This document shows positions 47,663 to 56,774 of a DNA stretch of 64,000 bases, piece by piece. The notes under the pieces were generated by a model. That model was not told the DNA's origin, did no database searches, and saw only the letters and a program-made list of their open reading frames with translations. Position 1 is the first letter of the stretch; each line of letters opens with the position of its first letter. The stretch covers positions 4,192,001 to 4,256,000 of the forward strand of contig OY969474.1 of the NCBI GenBank assembly GCA_963700145.1, read 5' to 3'. Origin of the DNA: an uncultured Acidobacteriota bacterium (GTDB taxonomy: Bacteria; Acidobacteriota; Thermoanaerobaculia; Multivoradales; UBA5704). Both the position numbers and the translations under genes were made by a program.

Positions 47663-48025
47663 GTGGTGCGGAGTCTGGGGCCATGCTTCTGCTTGAGCCT
47701 CCCCGGGGAATCCCTCGAGGAGGAGGCGAGGATCGCGAGCTTGCTCCTGTCCTTCGTGCGTTCTCCGGAGGGAGCTGACGGCATGGTCATGCTCGCCTCG
47801 CGGGGTCCCCTCACGCCGCGGCGGCTCTACATCTTCCCCGGGTCGCAGTCCCTCGTGCGGCAGGTCGTCGACGGCCTCCTCCGCAAGTACGGAGGCTCCC
47901 CCTGCGAGCCCCCGGCCGCCGACGAGACGATGTTCCTCGTCGGGTCGACGGCGGTCTGGAAGCAGCTCCCTCGCGCCAAAGGATCGAAGGAGAGGAACGG
48001 TCCAAGCGGAGAGACCAGGAACTAG
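47663..48025 (+). CDS. Hypothetical protein
   Basis: 120-aa ORF filling the gap with plausible composition; no family recognised. Confidence 0.45.
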   Translation: MVRSLGPCFCLSLPGESLEEEARIASLLLSFVRSPEGADGMVMLASRGPLTPRRLYIFPGSQSLVRQVVDGLLRKYGGSPCEPPAADETMFLVGSTAVWKQLPRAKGSKERNGPSGETRN

Positions 48026-48078
48026 CCCGGCGACTTGGTGTACCATCCCCTCTGGACCCGCTCCTCAGGAGTCTCCAC

Positions 48079-50241
48079 ATGAAGTCCCTTCCTCGCTGCA
48101 TCCGGCGCTCCTTCCCCCTGTTCGCCGCTCTCGCCGCGCTGGCCGCCGCCGGAGCTCTCCTCGCCCAGGAGTTCCAGGACCGTCAGGAGGTCGTGGTCGT
48201 CGAGGTGCCGGTCAACGTCACCGACCGCGACGGCGAGCCGGTGCGCGGGCTGACGGTCGACGACTTCGAGGTCTACGACGAGGGGAAGCTCCAGAAGCTC
48301 ACCGGCGCCGAGATCGTGGACCTCCAGGTGCTGACCGGGGAGAAGAGCGCGCAGGTCGTGCAGCAGCTCCCCTCGACGCAGCGCCGCCACTTCCTCCTGC
48401 TCTTCGACCTCTCCTTCTCGACCCCCTCGGCCATCCTGCGCGCCCGCCTGGCGGCGCGGGACTTCGTGCTCCAGTCGCTGCATCCGGCCGACCTCGCGGC
48501 GGTGGCCACCTTCGCGCTCGAGGACGGGCCGCGGCTGATCGTCACCTTCACGCCCGACCGCGCCCAGCTCGCGCGCGCTATCGACACCCTCGGGGTGCGC
48601 GGCAAGGACGCCCTCGCCGGCCTGCACCTCGACCCACTCCGCTTCCTGATCACCTCCCCCGAGCTCCAGACCAGCGTCGAGGGGCGCGAGTCGGAGAACC
48701 GGGTGGACGTCCGGCTCAACGCCGAAGGCGAGATGCTCGAGCACCTCCAGATCATCATGCAGCAGATGGACCGCAACCAGCGGCAGTTCGACCGCAGCCG
48801 CATCACCGCCTACGCCCGCGCGCTCGGCGACGTCGCGCGCTCGCTCGACAGCGTCCGCGGGCGCAAGCACGTGGTGCTCTTCTCCGAAGGCTTCGACAGC
48901 CGCCTGCTGATCGGCCGCCAGCCCGAGAGCCAGGACGAGGAGCAGCAGCGCGACATCATCAACGCCCAGCGCGGCGCCCTGCACCTGGTCGACTCCGACC
49001 AGATGTACGGCAACGTCGGCCTGCTCAACGACCTCGAGAAGATGGTCGAGCAGTTCCGCCGCGCCGACTGCGTCATCCAGGCGGTGGACATCGGCGGCCT
49101 GCGCGCCGGCGGCGAGCAGCGCCCGCTGGCCGCCAACTCCGGCCAGGACTCGCTCTTCCTGATGGCCGAGCCGACCGGCGGCCAGCTGTTCAAGGACGCC
49201 AACGATCTCGGCCGCCAGCTCGACCGCGTGCTGCAGCGGTCGGCCGTGACCTACGTGCTGACCTTCCAGCCGACCGAGCTCAAGCTCGACGGCGCCTACC
49301 GCAAGCTCCGGGTCAAGCTCAAGAACGAGACGCGCGGCCTGCACCTCGCGCACCGCGCCGGCTACTACCGGCCGCGGCCGTTCCAGGACCTCGACCCGCT
49401 GGAGAAGCAGCTCCTCGCCTCCGACGCGATCGCCAGCGCGTCGCCGGCCGACCAGCTGGCCATCGAAGTGCTGGCCGCCCCGTTCCGCGCCTCGAAGGGC
49501 TCCTCGTACGTGCCGGTGATCGTCGAGATCGACGGCCCGAGCCTGCTTGCCGGGCACGAGGGCGAGAAGCTGGCGGTCGAGATCTACGCCTACGTCACCG
49601 ACGCCAAGGGGGAGATGCGCGACTTCTTCACCCAGATGGTGGGGCTCGACGTCGGCAAGAACCGGCAGGCGCTGATCCGCACCGGCCTCAAGTACTACGG
49701 CCACCTCGAGCTCGCGCCCGGCGACTACCGCATCCGCGTCCTGGTGCGCAACGGCGGCAGCGGCCGCACGGCGGTGGAGTCGATCCCGCTCTCCATCCCG
49801 CCCTACGAGAGCTCCCAGGCCATCGTCCTGCCGCCGTTCTTCGTCGAGCAGCCGGGGCGCTGGATCCTGGTGCGCGAGCAGTCGCGCGAGCAGACCGTCG
49901 TCTACCCCTTCACCGTCAATGGCGAGCCCTACATCCCGGCGGTCAAGCCCGAGCTGCGCGGCGAGGACGCCAGCCGCTTCTGCCTGGTGGCCTACAACCT
50001 GCCGGCCGGCGAGCTGGAGCTCGAGGGGCGGGTGCTCACCGCCGACGGCCGCGAGGTCCCCGGCGCGCGGCTGCAGCTCGTCGAGCGCACGGTGACCGGC
50101 ATCTCGCGCCTCGACAAGCTCCTCGCCACGTTCAGGCCCGGCGGCCTCGAGGCCGGCGACTACCACCTGCAGGTGGGCGTCCGCCAGCCCGGCAACGGGC
50201 CCCTGAGCAGCAGCACGATTCCATTCAGCGTGGTCAATTGA
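48079..50241 (+). CDS. Secreted VWA-domain protein (acidobacterial VWFA-related type), paralog 1
   Basis: AGGAG RBS; signal peptide; VVVVEVPVNVTD..GEPVRGLT..DF, LLFDLSFS, GRKHVVLFSEGF, TGG, TYVL.F.P, HRAGYY. Confidence 0.9.
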   Translation: MKSLPRCIRRSFPLFAALAALAAAGALLAQEFQDRQEVVVVEVPVNVTDRDGEPVRGLTVDDFEVYDEGKLQKLTGAEIVDLQVLTGEKSAQVVQQLPSTQRRHFLLLFDLSFSTPSAILRARLAARDFVLQSLHPADLAAVATFALEDGPRLIVTFTPDRAQLARAIDTLGVRGKDALAGLHLDPLRFLITSPELQTSVEGRESENRVDVRLNAEGEMLEHLQIIMQQMDRNQRQFDRSRITAYARALGDVARSLDSVRGRKHVVLFSEGFDSRLLIGRQPESQDEEQQRDIINAQRGALHLVDSDQMYGNVGLLNDLEKMVEQFRRADCVIQAVDIGGLRAGGEQRPLAANSGQDSLFLMAEPTGGQLFKDANDLGRQLDRVLQRSAVTYVLTFQPTELKLDGAYRKLRVKLKNETRGLHLAHRAGYYRPRPFQDLDPLEKQLLASDAIASASPADQLAIEVLAAPFRASKGSSYVPVIVEIDGPSLLAGHEGEKLAVEIYAYVTDAKGEMRDFFTQMVGLDVGKNRQALIRTGLKYYGHLELAPGDYRIRVLVRNGGSGRTAVESIPLSIPPYESSQAIVLPPFFVEQPGRWILVREQSREQTVVYPFTVNGEPYIPAVKPELRGEDASRFCLVAYNLPAGELELEGRVLTADGREVPGARLQLVERTVTGISRLDKLLATFRPGGLEAGDYHLQVGVRQPGNGPLSSSTIPFSVVN

Positions 50242-50244
50242 ACA

Positions 50245-50273
50245 GAACGCCCGGCACGTAGGCCGGGCGCTAC
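50245..50273. repeat. Single GTAG-type REP copy between VWA paralogs 1 and 2
   Basis: GAACGCCCGGCACGTAGGCCGGGCGCTAC; same core as 23809-23839; abuts the AGGAG RBS. Confidence 0.85.
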
Positions 50274-50284
50274 AGGAGATTCTC

Positions 50285-52405
50285 ATGCTGCACTGTCGCA
50301 AGTCCCTCTGCCTCGCCGTCGCTCTCCTCGCGCTGCTGCCGGCGGCGCCCGCCGCGGCCCAGCAGCAGCGGCGCGGCTTCGGCGACACGACCACCGTCGT
50401 CGTCGTCGAGGTGCCGGTCTACGTCACCAAGGACGGCGAGCCGGTGCGCGGCTTGACCGCCGACAACTTCGAGATCACCGACGGCCGCAAGGTCCAGAAG
50501 ATCACCGCCTTCGACGTCATCGACCTGGCGCAGCCCCTGACGCCGCAGCAGGCGGCGCAGCTGCCGGTCGCCGGGCGGCGCCACTTCCTACTGCTCTTCG
50601 ACCTCGCCTTCGCCGACCCGGAGGGGATCTTCCGCGCCCGCGAGGCGGCCAAGAAGGTCGTCTCTGAGCAGCTCCAGCCGACCGACCTCGCCGCCGTCGC
50701 CCTCTACTCCTCCTCCCGCGGCCCGAGCGTCGTCCTCGGCTTCACCTCCGACCGGCGGCAGATCGAGACCGCCGTCGACACCCTCGGCGTGCCGCAGCTC
50801 GTCGGCCGCGGCGCCGATCCGCTGGGCCTCATGGTGAACGCGAGCCCCACTGCCGGAGCGATGCAGATGACCGAGGTCGGGGGCGGCGGCGCGGGCACGG
50901 AGGCCCGGGTCGAGGCGGTGACCGAGTTCCTCAAGGCCGTCTCCAGCGCCGAGACCAAGACCAACGCCGATGCGCTCAGGAACCAGGTGACCGCCTTCTC
51001 GCGCGCCTTCGCCGACTTCGGGAAGCTCATGGGGACGGTGCAGGGCACCAAGCACGTCGTCTATTTCTCCGAGGGCTTCGACAGCTCGGTGCTGCAGGGC
51101 GAGGGCGTGGCGGATGACACGCGGGAATCCATCGCGCACGGCGAGACGTGGGACGTCAACAGCGACGAGATGTTCGGCTCCGGCCGGCAGCAGAACGACG
51201 TCAGCGCGATGCTCGAGGAGTTCCGCCGCGCCAACTGCATCATCCAGGCGGTGGACGTGGCGCGGCTGAAGTCCGGCCACGAGGAGCGGCCGCGCCCCTC
51301 GGGGCAGGACAGCCTGCTGCAGATGGCCAAGTCGACCGGCGGCGAGCTCTACACCAACTTCACCGACCTGTCGCAGGCGATGAGCAAGGTGTTCGAGCGC
51401 ACCAGCGTCACCTACCTGCTCGCCTTCCAGCCCGAGAACCTCAAGCAGGACGGCTCGTTCCGCAAGCTCAAGGTGCGCCTCAAGGACGCGCCGGGGGGCG
51501 CCAAGCTCTCCTACCGCCCCGGCTACTACACGCCGAAGCCGGTGCCGCAGCTCACCGCCCTCGAGCGCCGCTTCCAGACCGCGGCCGAGATCCTCGGCGG
51601 CGAGCCGGGCGGGCCGCTCGGCGCCTCCGTCCTCGCCACGCCCTTCCGCACCGGCGGCCCCAACTCCTACGTGCCGGTGCTGGTCGAGGTCAACGGGCCG
51701 GCGCTGCTCGCCGGTCAGACGGAGAAGGCGCTGGTCACCGAGATCTACGCCTACGCCATCGACGGCGAGGGCTCGATCCAGGGCTACTTCACGCAGAACC
51801 TCGGGCTCGACCTCACCAAGGTCGAGGCGCAGCTCAAGCAGAGCGGCCTCAAGTTCTACGGCGACCTCGACCTGCCGCCCGGCGAGTACTCGCTGCGCGT
51901 CCTGGTGCGCAACGCCCAGACCGGCGCCCACTCGCTGCAGGTCGTGCCGGTCGTCGTCCCGGCCCACGACCAGGCGGGTCCGGTGGTGCTGCCGCCGATG
52001 TTCCCCGAGGCGCAGGGCAAGTGGCTGCTGACCCGCGAGACGCAGGCGGCCGGCGCGCCGCAGCCCGAGTACCCGTTCATCATCGGGCAGGAGCCGTTCA
52101 TCCCGGCCTCGAAGCCGGTGCTCGCCGCCAACCAGGGGGTGAAGGTCGCCGTCATGGCCTACAACCTGGGCAACGGCGACGTCCGCGCCGAGGCCGGCGT
52201 GCTGCGCGCCGACGGCCAGCCCGTCCAGGGCGGAGCGCTGGAGGTCACCGAGCGGCAGCGCGGCGGCGGCCGGGCGCCCGACCGCCTGGTGGGGACCTTC
52301 ACCCCCTCGGGGCTCCCCCCCGGCGAGTACCTGCTGCGGGTGACGGTGACCGACGGGGCGAGCGGCGCGGCGCAGTCGAGCACGATCCCGTTCGTCGTCG
52401 GGTAG
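50285..52405 (+). CDS. Secreted VWA-domain protein, paralog 2
   Basis: Same architecture; FDLAFA, KHVVYFSEGF, GLKFYG, GLPPGEYLLRVTVTD. Confidence 0.9.
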   Translation: MLHCRKSLCLAVALLALLPAAPAAAQQQRRGFGDTTTVVVVEVPVYVTKDGEPVRGLTADNFEITDGRKVQKITAFDVIDLAQPLTPQQAAQLPVAGRRHFLLLFDLAFADPEGIFRAREAAKKVVSEQLQPTDLAAVALYSSSRGPSVVLGFTSDRRQIETAVDTLGVPQLVGRGADPLGLMVNASPTAGAMQMTEVGGGGAGTEARVEAVTEFLKAVSSAETKTNADALRNQVTAFSRAFADFGKLMGTVQGTKHVVYFSEGFDSSVLQGEGVADDTRESIAHGETWDVNSDEMFGSGRQQNDVSAMLEEFRRANCIIQAVDVARLKSGHEERPRPSGQDSLLQMAKSTGGELYTNFTDLSQAMSKVFERTSVTYLLAFQPENLKQDGSFRKLKVRLKDAPGGAKLSYRPGYYTPKPVPQLTALERRFQTAAEILGGEPGGPLGASVLATPFRTGGPNSYVPVLVEVNGPALLAGQTEKALVTEIYAYAIDGEGSIQGYFTQNLGLDLTKVEAQLKQSGLKFYGDLDLPPGEYSLRVLVRNAQTGAHSLQVVPVVVPAHDQAGPVVLPPMFPEAQGKWLLTRETQAAGAPQPEYPFIIGQEPFIPASKPVLAANQGVKVAVMAYNLGNGDVRAEAGVLRADGQPVQGGALEVTERQRGGGRAPDRLVGTFTPSGLPPGEYLLRVTVTDGASGAAQSSTIPFVVG

Positions 52406-52530
52406 CGCGTCTGGAAAGTCGGCAGGTCCGTTGCAGGAGGGCCGGGGAGAAACTGCCCCGGCCCTCCGTGCTTTCCGCGGCACCGCCGCGTTGTCGACTT
52501 CCTGTTTGCCGTCCCGGAAGGAGGACGCCG

Positions 52531-54579
52531 ATGCCCTCTCGCACGGACCTGAAAACGCCCGGGACGTGGCCCGGGCGCTACCCACCGATCGGGCGTAGCG
52601 CCCGGCCTACGTGCCGGGCGTTCTTCCTGGCCTTCACCGCGCTCGTCTTCCTGACGCCCCTCGCCGGTCAGGCCCCGCCGCGCTTCGGCGGCTCGACCTC
52701 GGTCGTGGTCGTCGAGGTGCCGGTCAACGTCACCAAGGACGGCAAGCCGGTACGCGGTCTGACCGCCGAGAACTTCGAGCTCACCGACGGCAAGACTAGG
52801 CAGCCGATCACCGGCTTCGAGGTGATCGACCTGGGCGCGGTCGGGGCCGAGGGGCAGCGGCGCATCCCGATCGCCGCCCGCCGCCACTTCCTCTTCCTCT
52901 TCGACCTCACCTTCGCGCAGGCGAATTCGATCGTGCGGGCGCGCACGGCGGCGGTCGATCTGGTGCGGCAGGGCTTCCACGCCGCCGACCTCGGCGCCGT
53001 CGCCACCTACAGCGCCACCCGCGGCGCCGAGCTGGTGCTCGGCTTCAGCAGCGACCGCGCGCAGATCGAGGCGGCGATCCGGTCGCTCGGCCTGCCGCAG
53101 CTCGTCAACCGCGCGCCGGACCCGCTGCGGCTGATCGTCGCCGACATCCGGGCGGAGGCGGGCAGCGACATCATGCCGGGCGTCCGGGGCGGCGGCGGCG
53201 ACCGCGACTTCCGCGCCGAACGCCGAGAGGCGATCGACTACCAGATGGTCGAGATCGTCGGCGACATCCAGCGCGACAGCAACGAGCAGCAGATGCGGAC
53301 GGCGCAGAACCAGGTGGTGGCGCTGACGCGCTCCTTCTCCGAGCTGGCGCAGATGATGGCCTCGGTCGACGGCCGCAAGCACGTCGTCTACCTCTCCGAG
53401 GGCTTCACCGCCGGCGCCGCCCTCGGCCGCGGCCCCGACCGCGAGACCAGCGACGCGCAGGGACGCAACGACGGCCGCGACGTCCTGCTGACCATGGCGC
53501 GCGACACCGGCGGCGAGCTGTTCCAGAACACCAACGACCTCGCCGCGGCGATGGCGCGGATGCTCTCGGCGACGAGCGTCACCTACCTGCTGGCCTTCCA
53601 GCCCGAGGGCCTGGCGCAGGACGGCACCTTCCATCCGCTCAAGGTGCGCCTGAAGGGCGGCCCGCGCGGCGCGCGGGTCTACCACCGCGCCGGCTACTAC
53701 GCGCCCGATCCGTTGCGCGTGGTGCGGCCGCTCGAGCAGAGCCTGACCTCGGCGGCCGAGATCCTGAGCGGCGAGGAGGGCGGGAACCTCCCGGTCTCAG
53801 CGCTGGCGGTGGCGCTGCCGCTGCCGGGCGCGGCGGGGAAGGCGGTCGTGCCGCTGCTCGTCGAGGTGGACGGGCCGGCGTTGCTCGCCGGCCACGTCGG
53901 GCCGGCCATGTCGGTCGAGATCTACGCCTACGCGCTGGGGACGGAAGGCTCGGTCGATGGCTTCCTCACCCAGCGCCTGGAGCTCGACCTGACCAAGGTC
54001 GCCGACGAGCTGCGGGCGAGCGGCCTCAAGTTCTACGGCGAGCTGGAGCTGCCGCCGGGCTCCTACGAGGTCCGCCTCCTGGTCAAGAACGCGCAGATGG
54101 GAGGCGCCCACGCGCTGCGCTCGCTGCCGGTCGAGGTGCCGGCCGCGCCGCAGCTCTCGCCGCCGCTCTTCGTCGCGGCGGCGGGCGGGTGGCTGCTGAC
54201 GCGGCAGGCGCCGCGGCCGGGCGAAGCGGCGCGGGCGTATCCGTTCACGCTCGCCGGCCAGCCGTTCGTGCCGGACGCGCGGCCGGTGGTCGCGGCGGCC
54301 GGCGAGGCGCGGATCGCTCTGCTGGCCTCGGATCTCGGGAGCGGCGAGGTGGTGGCGCAGGCCGAGGTGCTGCGCGCCGCCGACCGCCAGCCGGCTTCAG
54401 GCGGCGGCTTCCGCCTGCTCGAGCGCCAGCGCGGCGAAGCGGGTGCGCCCGACCGGCTGGTCGGGGTCTTCACGCCGGCCGGCCTGCCGCCCGGGGAGTA
54501 CGTGTTGCGCGTCACGGTCACCGACCGGGCGAGCGGCGCCGCCCGCACGAGCGCCGCGCCCTTCGTGGTCGAGGGGTAG
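52531..54579 (+). CDS. Secreted VWA-domain protein, paralog 3 (REP pair in signal peptide; about 60-aa internal deletion)
   Basis: GGAGG RBS plus ATG 52531; 3' part of listed ORF 51148..54579. Confidence 0.85.
   Translation: MPSRTDLKTPGTWPGRYPPIGRSARPTCRAFFLAFTALVFLTPLAGQAPPRFGGSTSVVVVEVPVNVTKDGKPVRGLTAENFELTDGKTRQPITGFEVIDLGAVGAEGQRRIPIAARRHFLFLFDLTFAQANSIVRARTAAVDLVRQGFHAADLGAVATYSATRGAELVLGFSSDRAQIEAAIRSLGLPQLVNRAPDPLRLIVADIRAEAGSDIMPGVRGGGGDRDFRAERREAIDYQMVEIVGDIQRDSNEQQMRTAQNQVVALTRSFSELAQMMASVDGRKHVVYLSEGFTAGAALGRGPDRETSDAQGRNDGRDVLLTMARDTGGELFQNTNDLAAAMARMLSATSVTYLLAFQPEGLAQDGTFHPLKVRLKGGPRGARVYHRAGYYAPDPLRVVRPLEQSLTSAAEILSGEEGGNLPVSALAVALPLPGAAGKAVVPLLVEVDGPALLAGHVGPAMSVEIYAYALGTEGSVDGFLTQRLELDLTKVADELRASGLKFYGELELPPGSYEVRLLVKNAQMGGAHALRSLPVEVPAAPQLSPPLFVAAAGGWLLTRQAPRPGEAARAYPFTLAGQPFVPDARPVVAAAGEARIALLASDLGSGEVVAQAEVLRAADRQPASGGGFRLLERQRGEAGAPDRLVGVFTPAGLPPGEYVLRVTVTDRASGAARTSAAPFVVEG
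52551..52623. repeat. Inverted pair of GTAG-type REPs inside the paralog 3 reading frame
   Basis: 52551-52581 GAAAACGCCCGGGACGTGGCCCGGGCGCTAC; 52595-52623 GTAGCGCCCGGCCTACGTGCCGGGCGTTC. Confidence 0.85.
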
Positions 54580-54583
54580 GGCG

Positions 54584-56771
54584 GTGCGCGGCCGGGCGCG
54601 GCTCCTCGCTCTCCTGCCGCTCCTGCTGGCGCTGGCGCCGGCGCGCCTGCCGGCGCAGGCGGGGCGCTTCGGCGACACCGCCTCGGTCGTCGTCGTCGAG
54701 GTGCCGGTCCAGGTGGTCAAGGACGGGAAGCCGGTGCGCGGCCTGACGGCCGAGAACTTCGAGGTCTGGGACGGCAAGACGAAGCAGCGGCTCACCGGGT
54801 TCGAGGCGCTCGACCTGGCGGCCCTGGAGGCCCGCGGCGCCGCCGCCGGGGCGCCGCCGCGCGCCCTGCCGCCCGCCGCCCGCCGCCACGTCCTCTTCCT
54901 CTTCGACCTCACCTTCGCGCGCCCCAAGTCGATCCTGCAGGCGCGGGAGGCGGCGCAGGACCTGGTGCGCGACGGCCTCCACGCGAGCGACCTCGCCGCG
55001 GTCGCCACCTACAGCGCCAGCCGCGGCAGCGAGCTGGTGCTCGGCTTCACCGCCGACCGCGCGCAGCTCGAAGCGGCCATCGAGTCGCTCGGCCTGCCGC
55101 AGCTGGTGCCCCAGAGCCCCGACCCGCTGCGGCTGGTGATCGCCGGGCTCGAGGCCGACATGGGCCTCGGCGCGCCGGGCCTGGGCGGCGGCGCCGGCAC
55201 CGGCATGGGGCGCCGCTCGGACGGCCGCGAAGACTTTCTCGAGGTCCTCAAGCGGGCGCAGCGGGAGATGGAGGCCAGCCAGCGGCACACCCTGGAAGAC
55301 CAGGTCTCCGCCGCCAGTCGCTCCCTCGCGGACCTGGCGCAGGTGATGGGCGCCGTGGACGGCCGCAAGCTCGTGGTCTACCTCTCCGAAGGCTTCCAGG
55401 CGAGCGCCGCCACCGGCACGGGGAGCGACGCCGACAGCGCGAACGCGGTGGCGAGCGGCGAGAGCTGGAAGGTGGACAGCGAAAAGCTCTACGGCAGCGC
55501 GCGGGTGCAGGCGGCGCTGGCGGCGATGTTCGAGAGCTTCCGCCGCGCCGACTGCATCGTCCAGGCGGTGGACATCGGCGGCGTGCGGACGGCGGGGCCC
55601 GAGGCGGCGACCGAGCACCGCCCCGACGCCGACGTCGCCGACACCGGCCGCGACGCGCTGCTGGCGATGGCCCACTACACCGGCGGCGAGCTGTACCAGA
55701 ACTTCAACGACCTCGGCACGGCGATGGGCAAGATGCTCGAGCGGACGAGCGTCACCTATCTCCTCTCGTTCCAGCCCGAGGGCCTCGTCGCCAACGGCGC
55801 CTTCCACAATCTCGAGGTGCGTCTCAAGGGCGCGCCGCGCGGCGCCCGCGTCCACCATCGCGCCGGCTACTTCGCGCCCGACCCGTCGCGCGCCGTCCAT
55901 CCGCTGGAGCAGCGGCTCCTGGCGGCGGCCGACATCCTGGGTGGCGAGGAGGGCGGCACGCTGCCGGTCTCCGCCCTCGCCGTGCCGCTGCCGGGCGGCG
56001 GGGCGGAGGCGGGACGGTGCCGCTGCTGCTGGAGATCGACGGGCCGGCGCTCCTGGAAGGTCACGTCGGGCGCTCGCTGGCGCTCGAGATCTACGCCTAC
56101 GCCCTCGACCGCGCAGCAGGCGGTGCGCGGCTTCCTGACCCAGCGCGTCGACCTCGACCTCGAGAAGGTGGAGGCGGAGCTGCGCGCGAGCGGCCTCAAG
56201 TTCTACGGCGAGCTGGCGCTGCCGCCGGGCGCCTACACGGTGCGCCTGCTGGTGCGCAACGCGCAGAGCGGCGCCCGCAGGCTCCGCTCGCTGCCGGTCG
56301 AGGTGCCGGCGGCGGTGGTCGGGGCCGCCGGCGCGGGGCCGCTGGTGTCGCCGCCCCTCTTCCTGGCGAGCGGCGGGAGCTGGCTGGTGACGCGGCAGGC
56401 GGAGCGCGCCGGCGAGCCGGCGCGCCAGTACCCCTTCACGCTCGCCGGACAGCCCTTCGTCCCCGACATCCGGCCGGTCGTCGCCGCGGCCGGCGAGGCG
56501 CGCGTCGCGCTCCTCGCCTACAACCTGGGCAGCGGCGAGGTCGTGGCGCGCGCCGAGGTGCTGCGCGCCGCCGACCACCAGCCGGCCGCGGGCGGCGGCT
56601 TCCGCCTCCTCGACCGCCAGCGGGGGGGAAGGCGGCGGCCCTGACCGGCTGCTCGGCGTCTTCACCTCGGCCGGGCTGCCGCCCGGCGACTACCTGCTGC
56701 GCGTCACGTTGACCGACCGCGCGAGCGGCGCCACGCACTCCAGCGCCACCGCGTTCGCAGTCGGAGGCTAG
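54584..56771 (+). pseudogene. VWA-domain protein, paralog 4, three apparent frameshifts (real or assembly error)
   Basis: Homology switches frame near 56010 and back near 56110, then again at the G7 run 56622-56628; the conserved tail GLPPGDYLLRVTLTD ends at TAG 56771. Confidence 0.8.
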
Positions 56772-56774
56772 CCG

